A stretch of 42,066 nt of DNA from Spirogloea muscicola (Eukaryota): positions 409,959-452,024 of the forward strand of contig WELB01000011.1 of assembly GCA_009602725.1 (NCBI GenBank), in the 5' to 3' direction. The number at the start of each line of letters is the position of its first letter. Position 1 is the stretch's first letter. The notes below the pieces were generated by a model. That model saw only the letters and a program-made list of their open reading frames with translations, searched no databases and was not told where the DNA came from. The translations under genes were made by a program, and so were the position numbers. Below, one piece after another: positions 1 to 11,459 of the stretch.

Positions 1-123
1 AGTGCAGACTAAACAATGCTACATAATACGGAGACCTAATCTAAGGTACCTAAGATGACATTAGTACCCACGGGTGAGCACAAACAAATCTGACAAGCTA
101 ACTTGGGGAGCTGGAGCGCCGCC
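1..123 (-). mobile_element. 3' end of CRE-like RLE non-LTR retrotransposon, subfamily B (continues off window)
   Basis: Minus strand reads GGAPAPQVSLSDLFVLTRGY* (stop 61-63). Essentially identical to 16680-16801 and homologous to 13235-13350. Confidence 0.8.
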
Positions 124-257
124 GGAAAGGAGGACTTCCACCGCCCCATGCCCTGTCCGCCACAGCAGGTCGCTTGGCTGACCATATCCCAGCCTGAAGA
201 AGGGGAGGAGGCTGGGGAAGGCCGCCCTCAGCTCCTCAGCGATGACATCCCGGCAGA
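124..257 (-). mobile_element. Reverse transcriptase fragment of a non-LTR element
   Basis: Minus strand reads CRDVIAEELRAAFPSLLPFFRLGYGQPSDLLWRTGHGAVEVLLS, resembling the RT segment just before the GxxQGDPL motif in CRE-type elements. Confidence 0.6.
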
Positions 258-392
258 GGTTACTGAGTGATTCGTAGCTGCTTTGTTTCTGTTTCTTAGC
301 GCTTCCCCTGGCCCCCCTCTCGTATTCTGTTCATTCTTTTTCGGGCTGGTTTTTCCAGCCCCGCAGTCTCAATGGGCGAGCACTTGCTTAGC
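255..392 (+). mobile_element. CRE-like 3' fragment, subfamily C
   Basis: AGA GGT TAC TGA (RGY*, stop 264-266) followed by a 3' UTR matching 11535-11660 and 27020-27148 (-). Confidence 0.7.
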
Positions 393-544
393 AGAGCGCG
401 GCCAGCACGCAGATACAAGGCCTGGGCGAGAGGCATTATTCGAGGTGAGCCGGTCGAGCGACGGTGATCCCGGTTGTTGAATGACATTGCAGCCTGCCGT
501 CTGCGGGGACTACGCGGTTGTTGCGGTGAGTTCCTTGGGGCCTC

Positions 545-725
545 GCTTCCTGCTAGCGATTCTGATTTGCATCTATGAGAGTCCCCTTGCTGCCGTCTTT
601 GCACTTAGTACCTTGCTTTCTGCTCCTTGCTTTCTGCTCCATCCGGCTCCTCCAGACTTTGTCCATTCCTTTGGGCTGGCCTCTCACAGCCACCAGTCAA
701 TCTGGCCGCGCTTTCTTTCTTCTTA
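545..725 (+). mobile_element. CRE-like 3' fragment, subfamily F
   Basis: Reads ASDSDLHL, then a UTR (ccatccggct...cagccaccagtcaatctggccgcgc) shared with 15750-15850 and 28115-28195. Confidence 0.6.
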
Positions 726-784
726 ACCCTACTTGAGAACATCGCATAAGTCTAGGATATGCACGACATGACGATATGCTTCCA

Positions 785-1070
785 ACCCAGATGGCATGCT
801 GGCAGCCTACTTATCAATTTTGCGACGTCGCGTGTCAGCCTGTTTGCGCGAGCTCAAGGTCATGCTGTGCACCAGAAAGCTGGTCGCCTTAGCTGGCGGG
901 ATAAGAGCTTGTCAAATGCCGTCCAATATTCGGACATCAGTTAAAGACCTCTATGTGCTGACTCGTCGTTACTGAGCAGGTCAGCACCTGCTTAGCAGCA
1001 GGTGATGTACATCTGATAATGTGCTTGCCTTAGTACTCGGCGACACAGGCCCTCCACTACTTTGTACACA
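785..1070 (+). mobile_element. CRE-like 3' fragment, subfamily A (frameshifted)
   Basis: AAYLSILRRRVSACL / RAQGHAVHQKAGR ... LYVLTRRY* (stop 973-975). Homologous to 2510-2790. Confidence 0.75.
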
Positions 1071-1224
1071 CTCCACTCTCACATCTGACTTCCTATTGCT
1101 GGGGTAGTACAATGCGCCCTGTCTGCCTAGCCTGTGGCTCGTTCATATGAACATGAACACCGCCTGTATGCACCTGGCTGGCATACACGCTTACTTAGCG
1201 CTGTTCTCTTCTCCAGCTGCAAGT

Positions 1225-1388
1225 CACTCAACTTTCGGCTGCTGACTCGGGGACACTGAGCTCCCAATCGCTGGTGTCTTTTGCATCCTTCAGCGCTTTC
1301 CTGGCCCCTTCCAACTTCAGTTAAGCTTTATTCTGGGCTGGCCACTCACAGTCATCGCCCTCTACTGGGAGTGTCCCTTCTTCTGTTT
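1225..1388 (+). mobile_element. CRE-like 3' fragment, subfamily D-related
   Basis: FRLLTRGH* (stop 1257-1259) plus a UTR with the gggctggccactcacag hairpin, similar to 1990-2095 (-). Confidence 0.6.
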
Positions 1389-1419
1389 CAAACTATGGTA
1401 GCGAGCCACAGGCTAGGCA

Positions 1420-1737
1420 TACAGACAAGACGCGGCAGGCTCTCTCGTCCAGGTATATCGCATGCGCCTGTCAGTATCGCTGCAGCGGTCAATGGCACGC
1501 GCATTGCACTGCGTGCCGGTTGTGCCCTGGCTGCAGCTTCTGCTATAGCCAGGGGACCCGCTACCTGGAGACTAGTTTCTCTGACCTGCGGCTGCTCAGA
1601 GGATATTGAGCACCCAGTGGCCATTTAAGTCGCTGTGTGCTTTTAAGCTTTTCTCGTCCCTTCGCCCTTGGTTCACTGTGTTTTCTGCGCTGGCCAGTCA
1701 CAGCCATCACCGTCTACTGGTAGCGTCTTTCTTCTTA
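1420..1737 (+). mobile_element. CRE-like 3' fragment, subfamily D
   Basis: LVQVYRMRLSVSLQRSMARALH / RAGCALAAAS ... FSDLRLLRGY* (stop 1607-1609). Ends in TCTTTCTTCTT. Confidence 0.75.
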
Positions 1738-1989
1738 GTACCCCCGTGTCAGCAATCGGAAGTCAGATGAGCTGAGGGGAGGATGAGCAACCCCGAGGGA
1801 GGTGGAGGGCTTGCAGGCGGGGAGGCCTGTCGACCTGCAGCTCGTGAAGCAGCTCGTCCAAAGGGGCGAAGGCTATGAAAGGCGCGGCGGCGACGGGGGC
1901 GGCGGTGGCGGCGGGGGCCGGCGCGGGGGCCGGGTCGGGAGGGGGCCAGCTCGCCGCCGCGGACCCCATGGCGGGCGCCGCCGACCCCG

Positions 1990-2290
1990 TCGTAGAGGGG
2001 CAATGGCTGTGATTGGCCAGCCCAGAATAAGGATTCACAGAGTTCGAAGGGGCCAAATAAGCGCTAAAGCACAACGACCAAGTGGCCACTGGGTGCTCAA
2101 TACCCCTTCGTGAGCAGCCACAGGTAAGTGAAAATAATCTCCCCGTAGCGGGTCCCCTGTATGCAATCAGAGGCCGTAGCCAAAACGCGACCGGCAGGCA
2201 GATGCAAGGCGTGTGCCAATGATTGCTGCAGCGATATTGAGAGGCGCAAACGAACCTGGGCGAGCGAGCCTGCCGCGTTGTGAACACCTG
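1990..2290 (-). mobile_element. CRE-like 3' fragment, subfamily D
   Basis: Minus strand LAQVRLRLSISLQQSLAHALHLPAGRVLATASDCIQGTRYGEIIFTYLWLLTKGY* (stop 2097-2099). Inverted homolog of 1420-1737. Confidence 0.75.
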
Positions 2291-2355
2291 TTCCAACGGG
2301 CGGTGACTGATTTGGGCGGGCGCGGCTATGCGGTCTTGAACACCCTCTGTATGCA

Positions 2356-2790
2356 CTGCGGCACTACTCCGATTACCCCCAATGCGATCAGTTCCTGCCA
2401 GCGGCAGTCGACATCTTTGGCTGTCTGGGTCCTCGTTTCCATACACTTCTCCAGAATATTGCCAATGTAGGCTACATACGTCGTGCAGATGTGTTTCCGG
2501 CGGAGATGGGCTTGCCAGCTGCATATCTGTCATTCTTGCGACGATGAGTATCGGCCTGTTTGCAGCGTGCCCAGGCTAATGCTTTGCACCAGAAAGCTGG
2601 GCGAGCTCTAGTTGGTGGCAGAAGGGCTTCATATCTGACATCTAGTATTCAGGCATCGATTAGTGACCTTTATATTTTGACCCGTGGTTACTGAGCGGGT
2701 CAATTTGCTGTAGGTTATGTAGGTCTTTAGATGTGCTTGCCTTTGTACTTGGCCATTTGGCCTTCGTTTGTTTCAAATACACGAAAGTCT
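2356..2790 (+). mobile_element. CRE-like 3' fragment with RLE C-terminal half, subfamily A
   Basis: LRHYSDYPQCDQFLPAAVDIFGCLGPRFHTLLQNIA...AYLSFLRR*VSACLQRAQANALHQKAGRAL...SISDLYILTRGY* (stop 2692-2694). Fits the 'Y...FxPxA[VF][ED]xxG...RxSxxLQR' end of RLE non-LTR ORFs. Confidence 0.85.
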
Positions 2791-2932
2791 CTGTATGCAC
2801 CTGGCTGGCTTTTACAGCCTCAATGGGCGAGCCCTTCCTTCTCTTTACAGCCGCTCTTTCAATATCAGCAGCAGCAATCTTCCTTTTCTTCGAATTTTTG
2901 ATGTGGGTCTCACGGGGTTAGCCGCCGCCCTG

Positions 2933-3045
2933 AATACCGCGTTCAGGGGGAAGACCGTGTATTAGAAAGAGATATAGGCCAACTGGCCAGGTACAAAGGC
3001 AAGCACATCTAAAGATTTACATTAAAAAAATACCGCGTTCAGGGG
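2933..3045 (-). mobile_element. About 80-bp subfamily A 3' UTR fragment flanked by a 17-bp direct repeat (putative TSD)
   Basis: AATACCGCGTTCAGGGG occurs at 2933-2949 and 3029-3045. The interior is the reverse complement of the 2718-2782 UTR. Confidence 0.7.
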
Positions 3046-3099
3046 AACCCGCGTTAGACTCACCCCCCAATACAAAAAAAGTAAAGTTCCACTCTAGCA

Positions 3100-3995
3100 T
3101 TCATACACTAGCATTTGCCCGAACACTGCATTGGCTTGGTCTGGCCTCCCATGTCGTGCGCACCGTGCGCGAGTTCCCCCCGCCCGGATGCAGCCGCGGT
3201 AACTAGAGTGACCCGCTCTATCCCAACGGCCACGCGCTTTCCTTTCCTAGCCGCGCCAAGTGTCAAGCGGACATGTGGCACCCGCGCCGGGCGCCTCCTC
3301 CCCCACTCCGGCCGCCACCCCCCCCCTTTTACTTACTTTGCTCATTCTTTTTTGGGCTGGCTTTTTCACCCGCGGATATTGAGCTTCCTGTGGATTCGTC
3401 ATGTCTAGTTGTCTAGATGCCTAGCTGTGTGTTTCCCTTCTTTCCGGCACCTGTTGTAGCTCTTTGGATTTTGTCAAAACTTTTTTGGCTGGCTTCTGTC
3501 AGCCCCTCTCTTCTATGGGCGAGCTCTTCCTTTTTCAGCTCCCTATCCTCAATGGGCGAGCACTTTCTTCCTTCTGCTTTTGACCCGTGGTTACTGAGCG
3601 GGTCAATCTGCTGTAAGTCATGTGGGTCTTGAGATGTGCTTGCCTTTGTACTCGGCCATTTGGCCTTCATTTGTTTCGAATACACAAACTTGTTATCATA
3701 GAGAGAAGCGCGGCCAGATTGACTGGTGGCTGGGAATCATAGGTAGCCCCACTTTTTCTCTTTTTTTTGCACTAGCTTTTTCCCTGAACACTGTGTACTG
3801 GCTGAGAGGGGTCCTCCCTTTCAATTCATGCGCACCGCGCGCCGTCGCCCTCCTCCACACTTCGTGGGCCCGCTAGAACCCCCCCCTCGGCTTCGTTTTA
3901 TGCAGCCCCACATTTTGCACTAGCTTTTGCCTGAACAAAGTATTGGCTGAAATCGGGCCTTTTTATTCATTTCATGCGCACCTCGCGCCGCTCCC
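3100..3995 (+). mobile_element. Stack of short CRE-like 3' fragments (subfamilies B, E, A, F)
   Basis: TRGY* at 3380-3382 (E) and LTRGY* at 3595-3597 (A). B-type tails 'cactag..tgaac..catgcgc.ccgcgcg' near 3105, 3770 and 3915. F tail inverted near 3700-3735. Confidence 0.7.
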
Positions 3996-4162
3996 TCCTC
4001 CTCCACGGACAGTTAGTGGGCCCGCCAGGGAACCCCCCCCCCCCTCGGCACAACGCGGCGGGACCCCCCCGCATTGCCTGGCCCCGCGCCGCCCCGCGCC
4101 GCGCCGCAGCAGCTGAAGGCTTTGCCGCCCCCTGGCCAACGGCGTCGCGAGTGCGCGCCGCC

Positions 4163-7100
4163 ATGGCGGACGTCGAGGCGCAGGCGCCCGGCCCGCTCCG
4201 GCCCCTGCTCCTCCGCAGGCGGCTGAACACCGGCCTGGCTGCCTGCACCGCCACCGCCGCCACCTTGCTCATCGTCGTGGCTCTGCTTCATGGCCGGGGA
4301 GCCACGCCAGGTCGTTTCCAGCTCTCTTGCCTCTCCATCTCAATCCCCTGCCGCAAGCATTGATTGTGTGCACGCTGCCGTCAAGCTTGACCCAACAGAG
4401 GCCGGCACGGAGCCCTCATCAGAAGCTCGGAGCTTCTTTTGTGTCCTCTGGTGATGTTGCTGATCCCCTGCTGAACGAAGTGTCCCAGCGCCTTTGCGGG
4501 AAATGTTTTGAGAAGCCTCGTGCATCTGTTGCACGGGTTCTGATCCTGTGCGCAAATGTGACTATATCAGGTAGTCCAGACCTGCAGGCTACTCGCAGAG
4601 AGCTCGTTGATGATTTTCCACCTGTTATAGAGATTAGAGACAGCAATACCTCTACAGGCCTGTCGTCCATGAACACCAGCTCATCAACGGTGAGCTCAGA
4701 CCTCTCACAACATAGCCGCTATTTGTCCCCTGCTTACTCTCATCTTTATGGCTTCCAGCCTAGGTATCTTGTGCTTCTGAGAAGCTCTACGTCTGCTCCT
4801 GTAGTGCAGCACACAACAAAGTATGCAATACGTCAGATCTTGTGCTAATATTTTAGCTGCAAGTAAATTCCTCTCGCAAGACTTCCTTGAAGGACCATGT
4901 TGGAAAGGAGGAGCAGGCATTGTGTAGTCTAGAAGCAGTGTTGATTTAGAGAAGGCCATAAGTTGCACGGCAGTCATCATGGGTGCGATGAAGAGCAGCT
5001 GATGGCATCTACTCATCCTTTCACAGGGCGAGCAGTGTAAGGAGCCCTATGGTGGCCTTCCGTGTTCAACAACCGTTACTGGCAATATTTTCCTCATGTT
5101 TGCCTACGGATTCCTTCTATTGGTGGCTGCCAAGCTCATCTCAGATGGCAGCGAGCTTCTCCTCCAGGTCTTTGGCTTGCAAACTCTATGCGCAGCTTCA
5201 TGTCACTATTGCACTTGTGCTTCCAGATGCACCAACATTCTGTCCCTGATTCCGGGAAGCTGCAGTTACTGGCATGCCAAAGCATTGCTTTTGTTATGAC
5301 AATTTGAGCCGCCTCTTACTTGCCGAGCAGCGCAGACGCCTCTTGATAATTTGAAGTTGTTGGGCGCGACTACGTGTTGTAGGTTCTAAATCCTGGACTG
5401 ATTGGTGGACTTTTGTTGCCGATTCTTGGTGCCTTTCCAGACTCCCTGTTGATTGCGGTAGGCTTCTGGTTCTGACTCCCTGGGTTATCAATTGAGCAGT
5501 AGTCTGCTTGTTCCTCAAAGTTTGTTCAGGTCCAGCTGTTAAGCTTGCACAACATGCTATTCAAGAGTTGTTGCGGCCTAAGGTGACTCCAATCACCCTG
5601 CAGGTCTCTGGATTGGGGGGCTCCAAGGAGGAAGCTCAGGATCAAGTGCTGGTTGGCATGGGTGTCCTGGCAGGAAGCACCATCATGATATTAGCACTTG
5701 CCTTCGGCGGTTCCCTCCTGTTTGGAAGGTGTGACCTTAGTGGACCAAATGGAACTGCTCAGGATCGAACGCTCACCAGAGGCTGGAGTCTCACTGGCAC
5801 TGGTGTGACTATAGCCGTCCTCCTCCTATAGCTGTAGCTGCTCCTGTGCCCCACTTTTGCCAGTTGCCCCTGTGCCAGTTGCCCCTCACCCTGGCCTTGT
5901 CTCTATCCCTGTGGAACTTTGGAACCGCAGTTTGACGTTGGGCTTTCGTCTTGCAGGGATCACTGTTGACGCTCAGACGAGGTGGGGTGCGTGGATCATG
6001 ATCATCACAATCCTCCCTTACATTGTTGCGCAGATCCCTCTAATAGATCACCGCAAAAGCCAAGGCAAAACTGCTGCCCTTGTCGGCTTCCTCATTGCCC
6101 TCGTAGGGCTGTGTGCCTATTGTGTATACCAGGTGGGACCACCAAGGCTAACCTGTGCCACACAATGTCACCCTTTAGTGGAAAGCAGTCCTGCATTCCG
6201 TCACGCAGTCCGTACTTTTATGTTGTTCGAGGATTACGTGAAGGAGTAATCTGCAACAGATACAACTCTCAGCTTGAAGGTTCAAACTTCATGCTTCATA
6301 TCGCTGACAGGATGGATGGCTTTTGCACATCGGGCAGTCATTTGGATGCTGTTGCTTTGCATCATGCAGAGTGCAGGCCTCATTCCACCATTCTCACTGA
6401 CTGGCAGGTGACGTCGCCCTGGCTTCAGCAACGCAAGATTCAGCATGCTAAGCTGCACTACATGCGCGCAATGGCTGTCAAGGAGATGCACAAAATGGCA
6501 ACCAATGAGTCTTGGGGGGGGCTCCTACAGCCTGATGGAGGACCAAACGATGAAGCTATGAGGAAGCTCTTTGCACACTTTGATGAGAATCAGGACGGCG
6601 TTCTTTCTTACCAGGAGCTCAGGGGACTCATCATGGGACTTGGGATAAAGAGCAAGGTGACAGCATGTTGCAGCAGGGCGTGCTTTGAGGGGCCTTTTAT
6701 GGAGCTTCAGCAGCTCGTTAGATTAGCCCTTCTTCTTCCTTCTGGTCCATGTACCATGGAGCTTTTGCATCTTGTTGTGGGTATGTATTGACTGACTGCG
6801 CTGCTGATCTTACAGGGTGAGATTCCTGATGAGCAAGAGGTCACGACGTGGCTTACAGACTTTGACCGGGATAGTGATAACATGCTCTCTGAGGTACGAT
6901 GTCCGAGCATGGAAGGTCACTTGACCTCCCTTCACTTACCACTTTCACCTACCTTGATTGCACTGGCGAAACGCTTGATATCATGTGAATTTTCCTGCCA
7001 TGGACCAGGATGAATTCGTGTGTGGGCTTAAGCGATGGATGAGCCGCATCAGCAGCCAACCAATGCAACGGCAGAACCGCTTTAGCTCCGCAATACCCCT

Positions 7101-8439
7101 GTATAAGATCACCTCCAACCTGAGTCCCAGAAGGATTAGCGATTAAGTGACTCTTGCAAAATGCTGGCACTGGGCAGCACAAGCTGACAAGATGTGCTTG
7201 AACAGTCTCTTGCTTTTGCTCGTACAACAAGCTCAGTATGGCACTCTGATGCAGCCCTCAATGGCACAAACTCTTGCAAGACTTTGTTAGCTCATGTCTA
7301 AATGTGGGTGAGCCCTACCTCCTGTACTCCTGCTTGGCAGGATTGAGCAGCAGCACCAGCAATTTGCTGGGCATGCAGAGGATGCCAAGTCGACTCTTTC
7401 TCTATTGCAGATGGAGGCATCCCAAGACGAGGAAGATGAGGAGGAAGACAAAGAGAAAGCCTCTAAGCCCAAAACTGTTGGACAAATTTATCGGCAGGTC
7501 TGGTGGGAAGGGCAGTTGTTGGCAAGGTTGCATGCTCACAGTCGCGGCTGAGCAGTAGGTGCAAGTGTTGCAGCCTTGAAGAATCAGGTGTTGCATTTTA
7601 GTGTGCTTGATTGAGGATATTATGAGTTGTGTGAGTAAAAGCAAGTCCTGAAAACTGCAGGCAATAATTCTTCTGGGAGCAGGCGTGGTGATTGTGTCAG
7701 TCTTTGCTGACCCAACAGTGGACGCTATCAATGGCTTTTCAAAGTACAATCATCTGACACCTGCTTGTGATTTTGCTCATGTAGTCAGCAATCTATGACA
7801 TTGTCAGGATAGAGATGCTCGTCCTCGAATATCATGCAAGGATGCAAGGACTCAAACCTCAACATACAAAGTTGGCAAGGCTGATGTTCTCTGCCCGCCT
7901 GTGCTGCCCAGGGCTTCCGGCATCCCTCCCTTCTTTGTCGCCTTTGTGGTCTCTCCGCTGGCCTCCAATGCGAGCGAGTTGGTCTCCTCCATCCTCTTTG
8001 CGATGAAGAGGCGCAAGAGAACGGCATCTCTCACTTACAGCCAGATCTATGGAGCCATCACGATGAACAATACCATGTGAGAATTTGTTCCAGCTTGAAC
8101 AGGCAGTCAGTCTTCCTGTCTGCACTGTGTTGCACCGCAAGCCCTCAACCATACTCAACATGCCTACATCTAGTCCTTTATCTGCAGCACATAACTTTCA
8201 TGCCGCCATGCAACTCGTGCAGGTGCCTGGGCATCTTCCTTGTGATTGTGTATCTGCGCGGGCTCACATGGGATTTTTCCAGCGAGGTCACCGTGATCAT
8301 CGCGTCCACGGTCATCGTCGGCATCATTGGCGGGACGCGGACGACTTACCCCCTGTGGCTTGCCATCCCCGTGCTTGCCCTCTACCCGCTAGCCATTGCA
8401 GTCGTTGCCATTCTCGACTATGTCTTCCACTGGCACTGA
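4163..8439 (+). CDS. NCL: Na+/Ca2+ exchanger-like protein with EF-hands (NCL), multi-exon
   Basis: Exons include GEQCKEPYGGLPCSTTVTGNIFLMFAYGFLL (~5027), VLNPGLIGGLLLPILGAFPDSLLIA (~5383), VSGLGGSKEEAQDQVLVGMGVLAGSTIM (~5604), EF-hands DENQDGVLSYQE (~6580) and DRDSDNMLSE (~6864), PLASNASELVSS...SLTYSQIYGAITMNN (~7912) and CLGIFLVIVYLRGLTWDFSSEV...HWH* (8439). Start codon inferred. Confidence 0.93.
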
Positions 8440-9393
8440 AAGAGGGCAATCAGCCCTGGCCTTTACGCACAGCTGCCTTCTTCTGCCTGCACCACCTCTC
8501 CTGGGCCGTGGCAGCTGTTCTTGGTCCTTACTCCTTCAGCCTTACTTCTAGGCCAACTTAGACCACCACTTGCGCCCCTTGGTTGCCCACCACGGATGAT
8601 GCAACTGTAGAGCGGCACTGCCCCGTACTCTCAACCCTGCTCTACTCTGCGGGCTTGTATGGCTTGTTGGCTTACTCCTGACAAGATCCAGAATCTTCGT
8701 CCGGCGGCTGGAGTTCCTTAAGGGCGGTTGACCTCCTCATGGTTGCCTGCGCTCCACTGCAGCTGCTTTCACTGTTGCTGCTCCGCCCTGATGGCGCTTG
8801 CTTATGGCCATGTGCTGCATTATGAATCTTGACTTGTGTGCCTGTGTGTGGCGGTGGCTGCTGCAAATGCATGAGAAGTCTTGGAGCATTTTGCGTTGAA
8901 TATGCAAGGAGGTTGTCCAAGTAGCCTGCCCATCACCACAGCCCGCCTGTCAAATCTTGATATTTGAGAAACAGTGGCCTTGCAGTGGTCTGATCAGGAG
9001 CAATTTCAAGATGTGACTGCTTGTGATGACATTGGACTTAGTGACACTTGCTATTTGGTACAGTATGCTGACCTCCTGGCGGCTAGTCCCATGCCTGTGC
9101 AAAATAGCAGAGAGCTTGATGTGCATCTGGAGCCTGCAGATGGGAGCCGCCTGCCTCGCGAGGAGGCCAGGCCACCTAACCCTGGCCTATGACTAATTAG
9201 CTTTGCACTTGCGCTGAATGCTTGGTTGATTAGAAGCTGCGAAGTGCGCTGAGGTGAAGACAACCACTAGCATGCTTGATTAGATGGCTCCATTTCCTGG
9301 CCTTCATAAGGCAGCCACGCTTAGCTGGGTAATGCCAGAGGACTCCAGCAGACTTGTTGGATACACAACGGGCAGGACTGAGTGGAGACAATG

Positions 9394-10964
9394 TCACTGC
9401 TTGACAAGTTGGCGGCTAATGAGCAACCAGGATGCACACAGAGCAATGGTGTACCATGGCACATGCCCATGCCATGCAACATGAATGAGACAGAACGACT
9501 CTTGGCAAGACGGGTGTGGTAATGGCCAAATACAAGGCCGCTTTGCACTCTGTAAGTCTGTACAATCTGCTTTGCCAGAATGGGCATTTGCAAGCAGCGG
9601 CTCTGCAGTTGCTACTGCTGTCCTGACAGGCAGCACTGCAGGTTTGAATAGATCATCAACTGTGTGTGCGTCAACACCAGGCAGCGCCGGTAAGGGCATT
9701 CTGCTGCGGCTGTTACCACTGCTAGTGGAGGTGCTCGGGGAAGAGGGCTGGTCAGAGCACTCGGAGGTCGGCGGCAACGGTGAGCTGGCCGTCGGCGACG
9801 TGGGCGCCGAGGGAATGGAGGACGTGGCCGAAGAAGGCGTCGTGGTGGGGGAGCGCACGACGATCCAAGCTTCGCCGCCGCTGTCTGGCCAGCTGCCTGA
9901 AGCGCCGAAGCTGAGGGCCAGGTCAGGGATGTCGATTGCTGGCCGCACGGCTTCGAGGCCCCAGCCGCGGTGTGGCGGCGAGAAGGCGAGAGCTGCAGCA
10001 GCGGCGGTCGCATTAACGTGACCGCTGTAAGAGGAGGACGAGGCCCAGCTGCCGGCGCTTGTGTCGAGAACGCTGACGGGGCTGACTGGCACAGCCTCTT
10101 TGGCTGCCATGGCCGTCGGTGGCGCAGCGGCGGCGACAAAGGGATGCGCCAGGAGCTGGTGGGCGGTCCAGCGCTCGGCGGGGTCGCGACGGAGGCAGCA
10201 CGCCAGGAAGTCGGCAGCGGCCGGCAATGCGGCGAGCGCCGGCGGCGTGGGCGGGACGGCGTCGCCAGCGCCGATGGCGTAGAGCGCGCAGAAGGGGTCG
10301 CCGGCGAAGGCGGCGGCCCCCCAGGGCGGCGCGCCCGTCGCCAGCTCGATGACCATGCACCCGAGGCTCCAGATGTCGGACGGAGGGCCGCGAGGTGCAG
10401 ACGCCGCCGTTGGCGGCGCGGCGGCCTCCGGCGCCATCCAGCTGACGGTTCCGCGCAGGCGGGCGCTGCCAGCGGAGGGCGGCGGAGCTGGGCGGCGGAG
10501 GTCGAGCGCGGAGCCGAGGTCGGCGAGCTTGGCAGCGCCGTCGGCGGCCAGCAGCACGTTGGCGCCCTTGACGTCGCAGTGCACGACGCCAGCAGCGTGC
10601 AGGTCCGCGAGGCCCTCCAGGACGGCCCGGGCGTGCGCCGCGACCACCGTCGTGGGCAGGCCCCGCACCGCGCGCGCCGCGTCGCCCAGACTGCCGCCGG
10701 GGCAGTACTCCAGGTGCAGGTTGCGCAGCACCACGGCGCCGGCGACGGCGCCGGCGGCGGCGGCCTCGACGGTCCAGTCGCAGCCGAGGCGGCGGACGAC
10801 GCGCTCGGAGCGCACGCGGCCCAGCAGTTCGATCTCGTGCTCCAGCGCCGCCAGCTCGGGGCCACGCCGGCTGTCCACGGACTTGACGGCGAAGACGCGG
10901 CCGGGCGACGGCGCCGCCTCCACCGCCAGGCTCACCGCGCCGAAGGCCCCGGCGCCCAGCAGCG
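9394..10964 (-). CDS. MAP kinase kinase kinase (MAPKKK15-21-like clade), no introns in visible part, 5' end in gap
   Basis: GAGAFGAV, FAVKS, LEYCPGGSL, HCDVKGANVL, LADLG, RGTVSWMAPE, SDIWSLGCMVIELATG. C-terminal SPVSVLD and Ser/Pro-rich tail. Confidence 0.9.
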
Positions 10965-11459
10965 NNNNNNNNNNNNNNNNNNNNNNNNNNNNNNNNNNNN
11001 NNNNNNNNNNNNNNNNNNNNNNNNNNNNNNNNNNNNNNNNNNNNNNNNNNNNNNNNNNNNNNNNNNNNNNNNNNNNNNNNNNNNNNNNNNNNNNNNNNNN
11101 NNNNNNNNNNNNNNNNNNNNNNNNNNNNNNNNNNNNNNNNNNNNNNNNNNNNNNNNNNNNNNNNNNNNNNNNNNNNNNNNNNNNNNNNNNNNNNNNNNNN
11201 NNNNNNNNNNNNNNNNNNNNNNNNNNNNNNNNNNNNNNNNNNNNNNNNNNNNNNNNNNNNNNNNNNNNNNNNNNNNNNNNNNNNNNNNNNNNNNNNNNNN
11301 NNNNNNNNNNNNNNNNNNNNNNNNNNNNNNNNNNNNNNNNNNNNNNNNNNNNNNNNNNNNNNNNNNNNNNNNNNNNNNNNNNNNNNNNNNNNNNNNNNNN
11401 NNNNNNNNNNNNNNNNNNNNNNNNNNNNNNNNNNNNNNNNNNNNNNNNNNNNNNNNNNN
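10965..11459. other. Assembly gap (N run)
   Basis: Run of N. Confidence 1.

Noticed and set aside
340..362. Rho-independent terminators
   Set aside because: Eukaryotic nuclear DNA; the hairpins belong to dispersed repeats and do not follow genes.
2677..2703. Tyrosine-recombinase (lox/dif-like) site
   Set aside because: The inverted repeat overlaps the codons LTRGY* of the retroelement ORF, and no recombinase motifs were found.
3765..3995. Helitron 3' ends (CTAG)
   Set aside because: The CTAG-containing module is internal to the subfamily B 3' UTR, as shown by the longer copies at 13296-13428 and 16606-16741.
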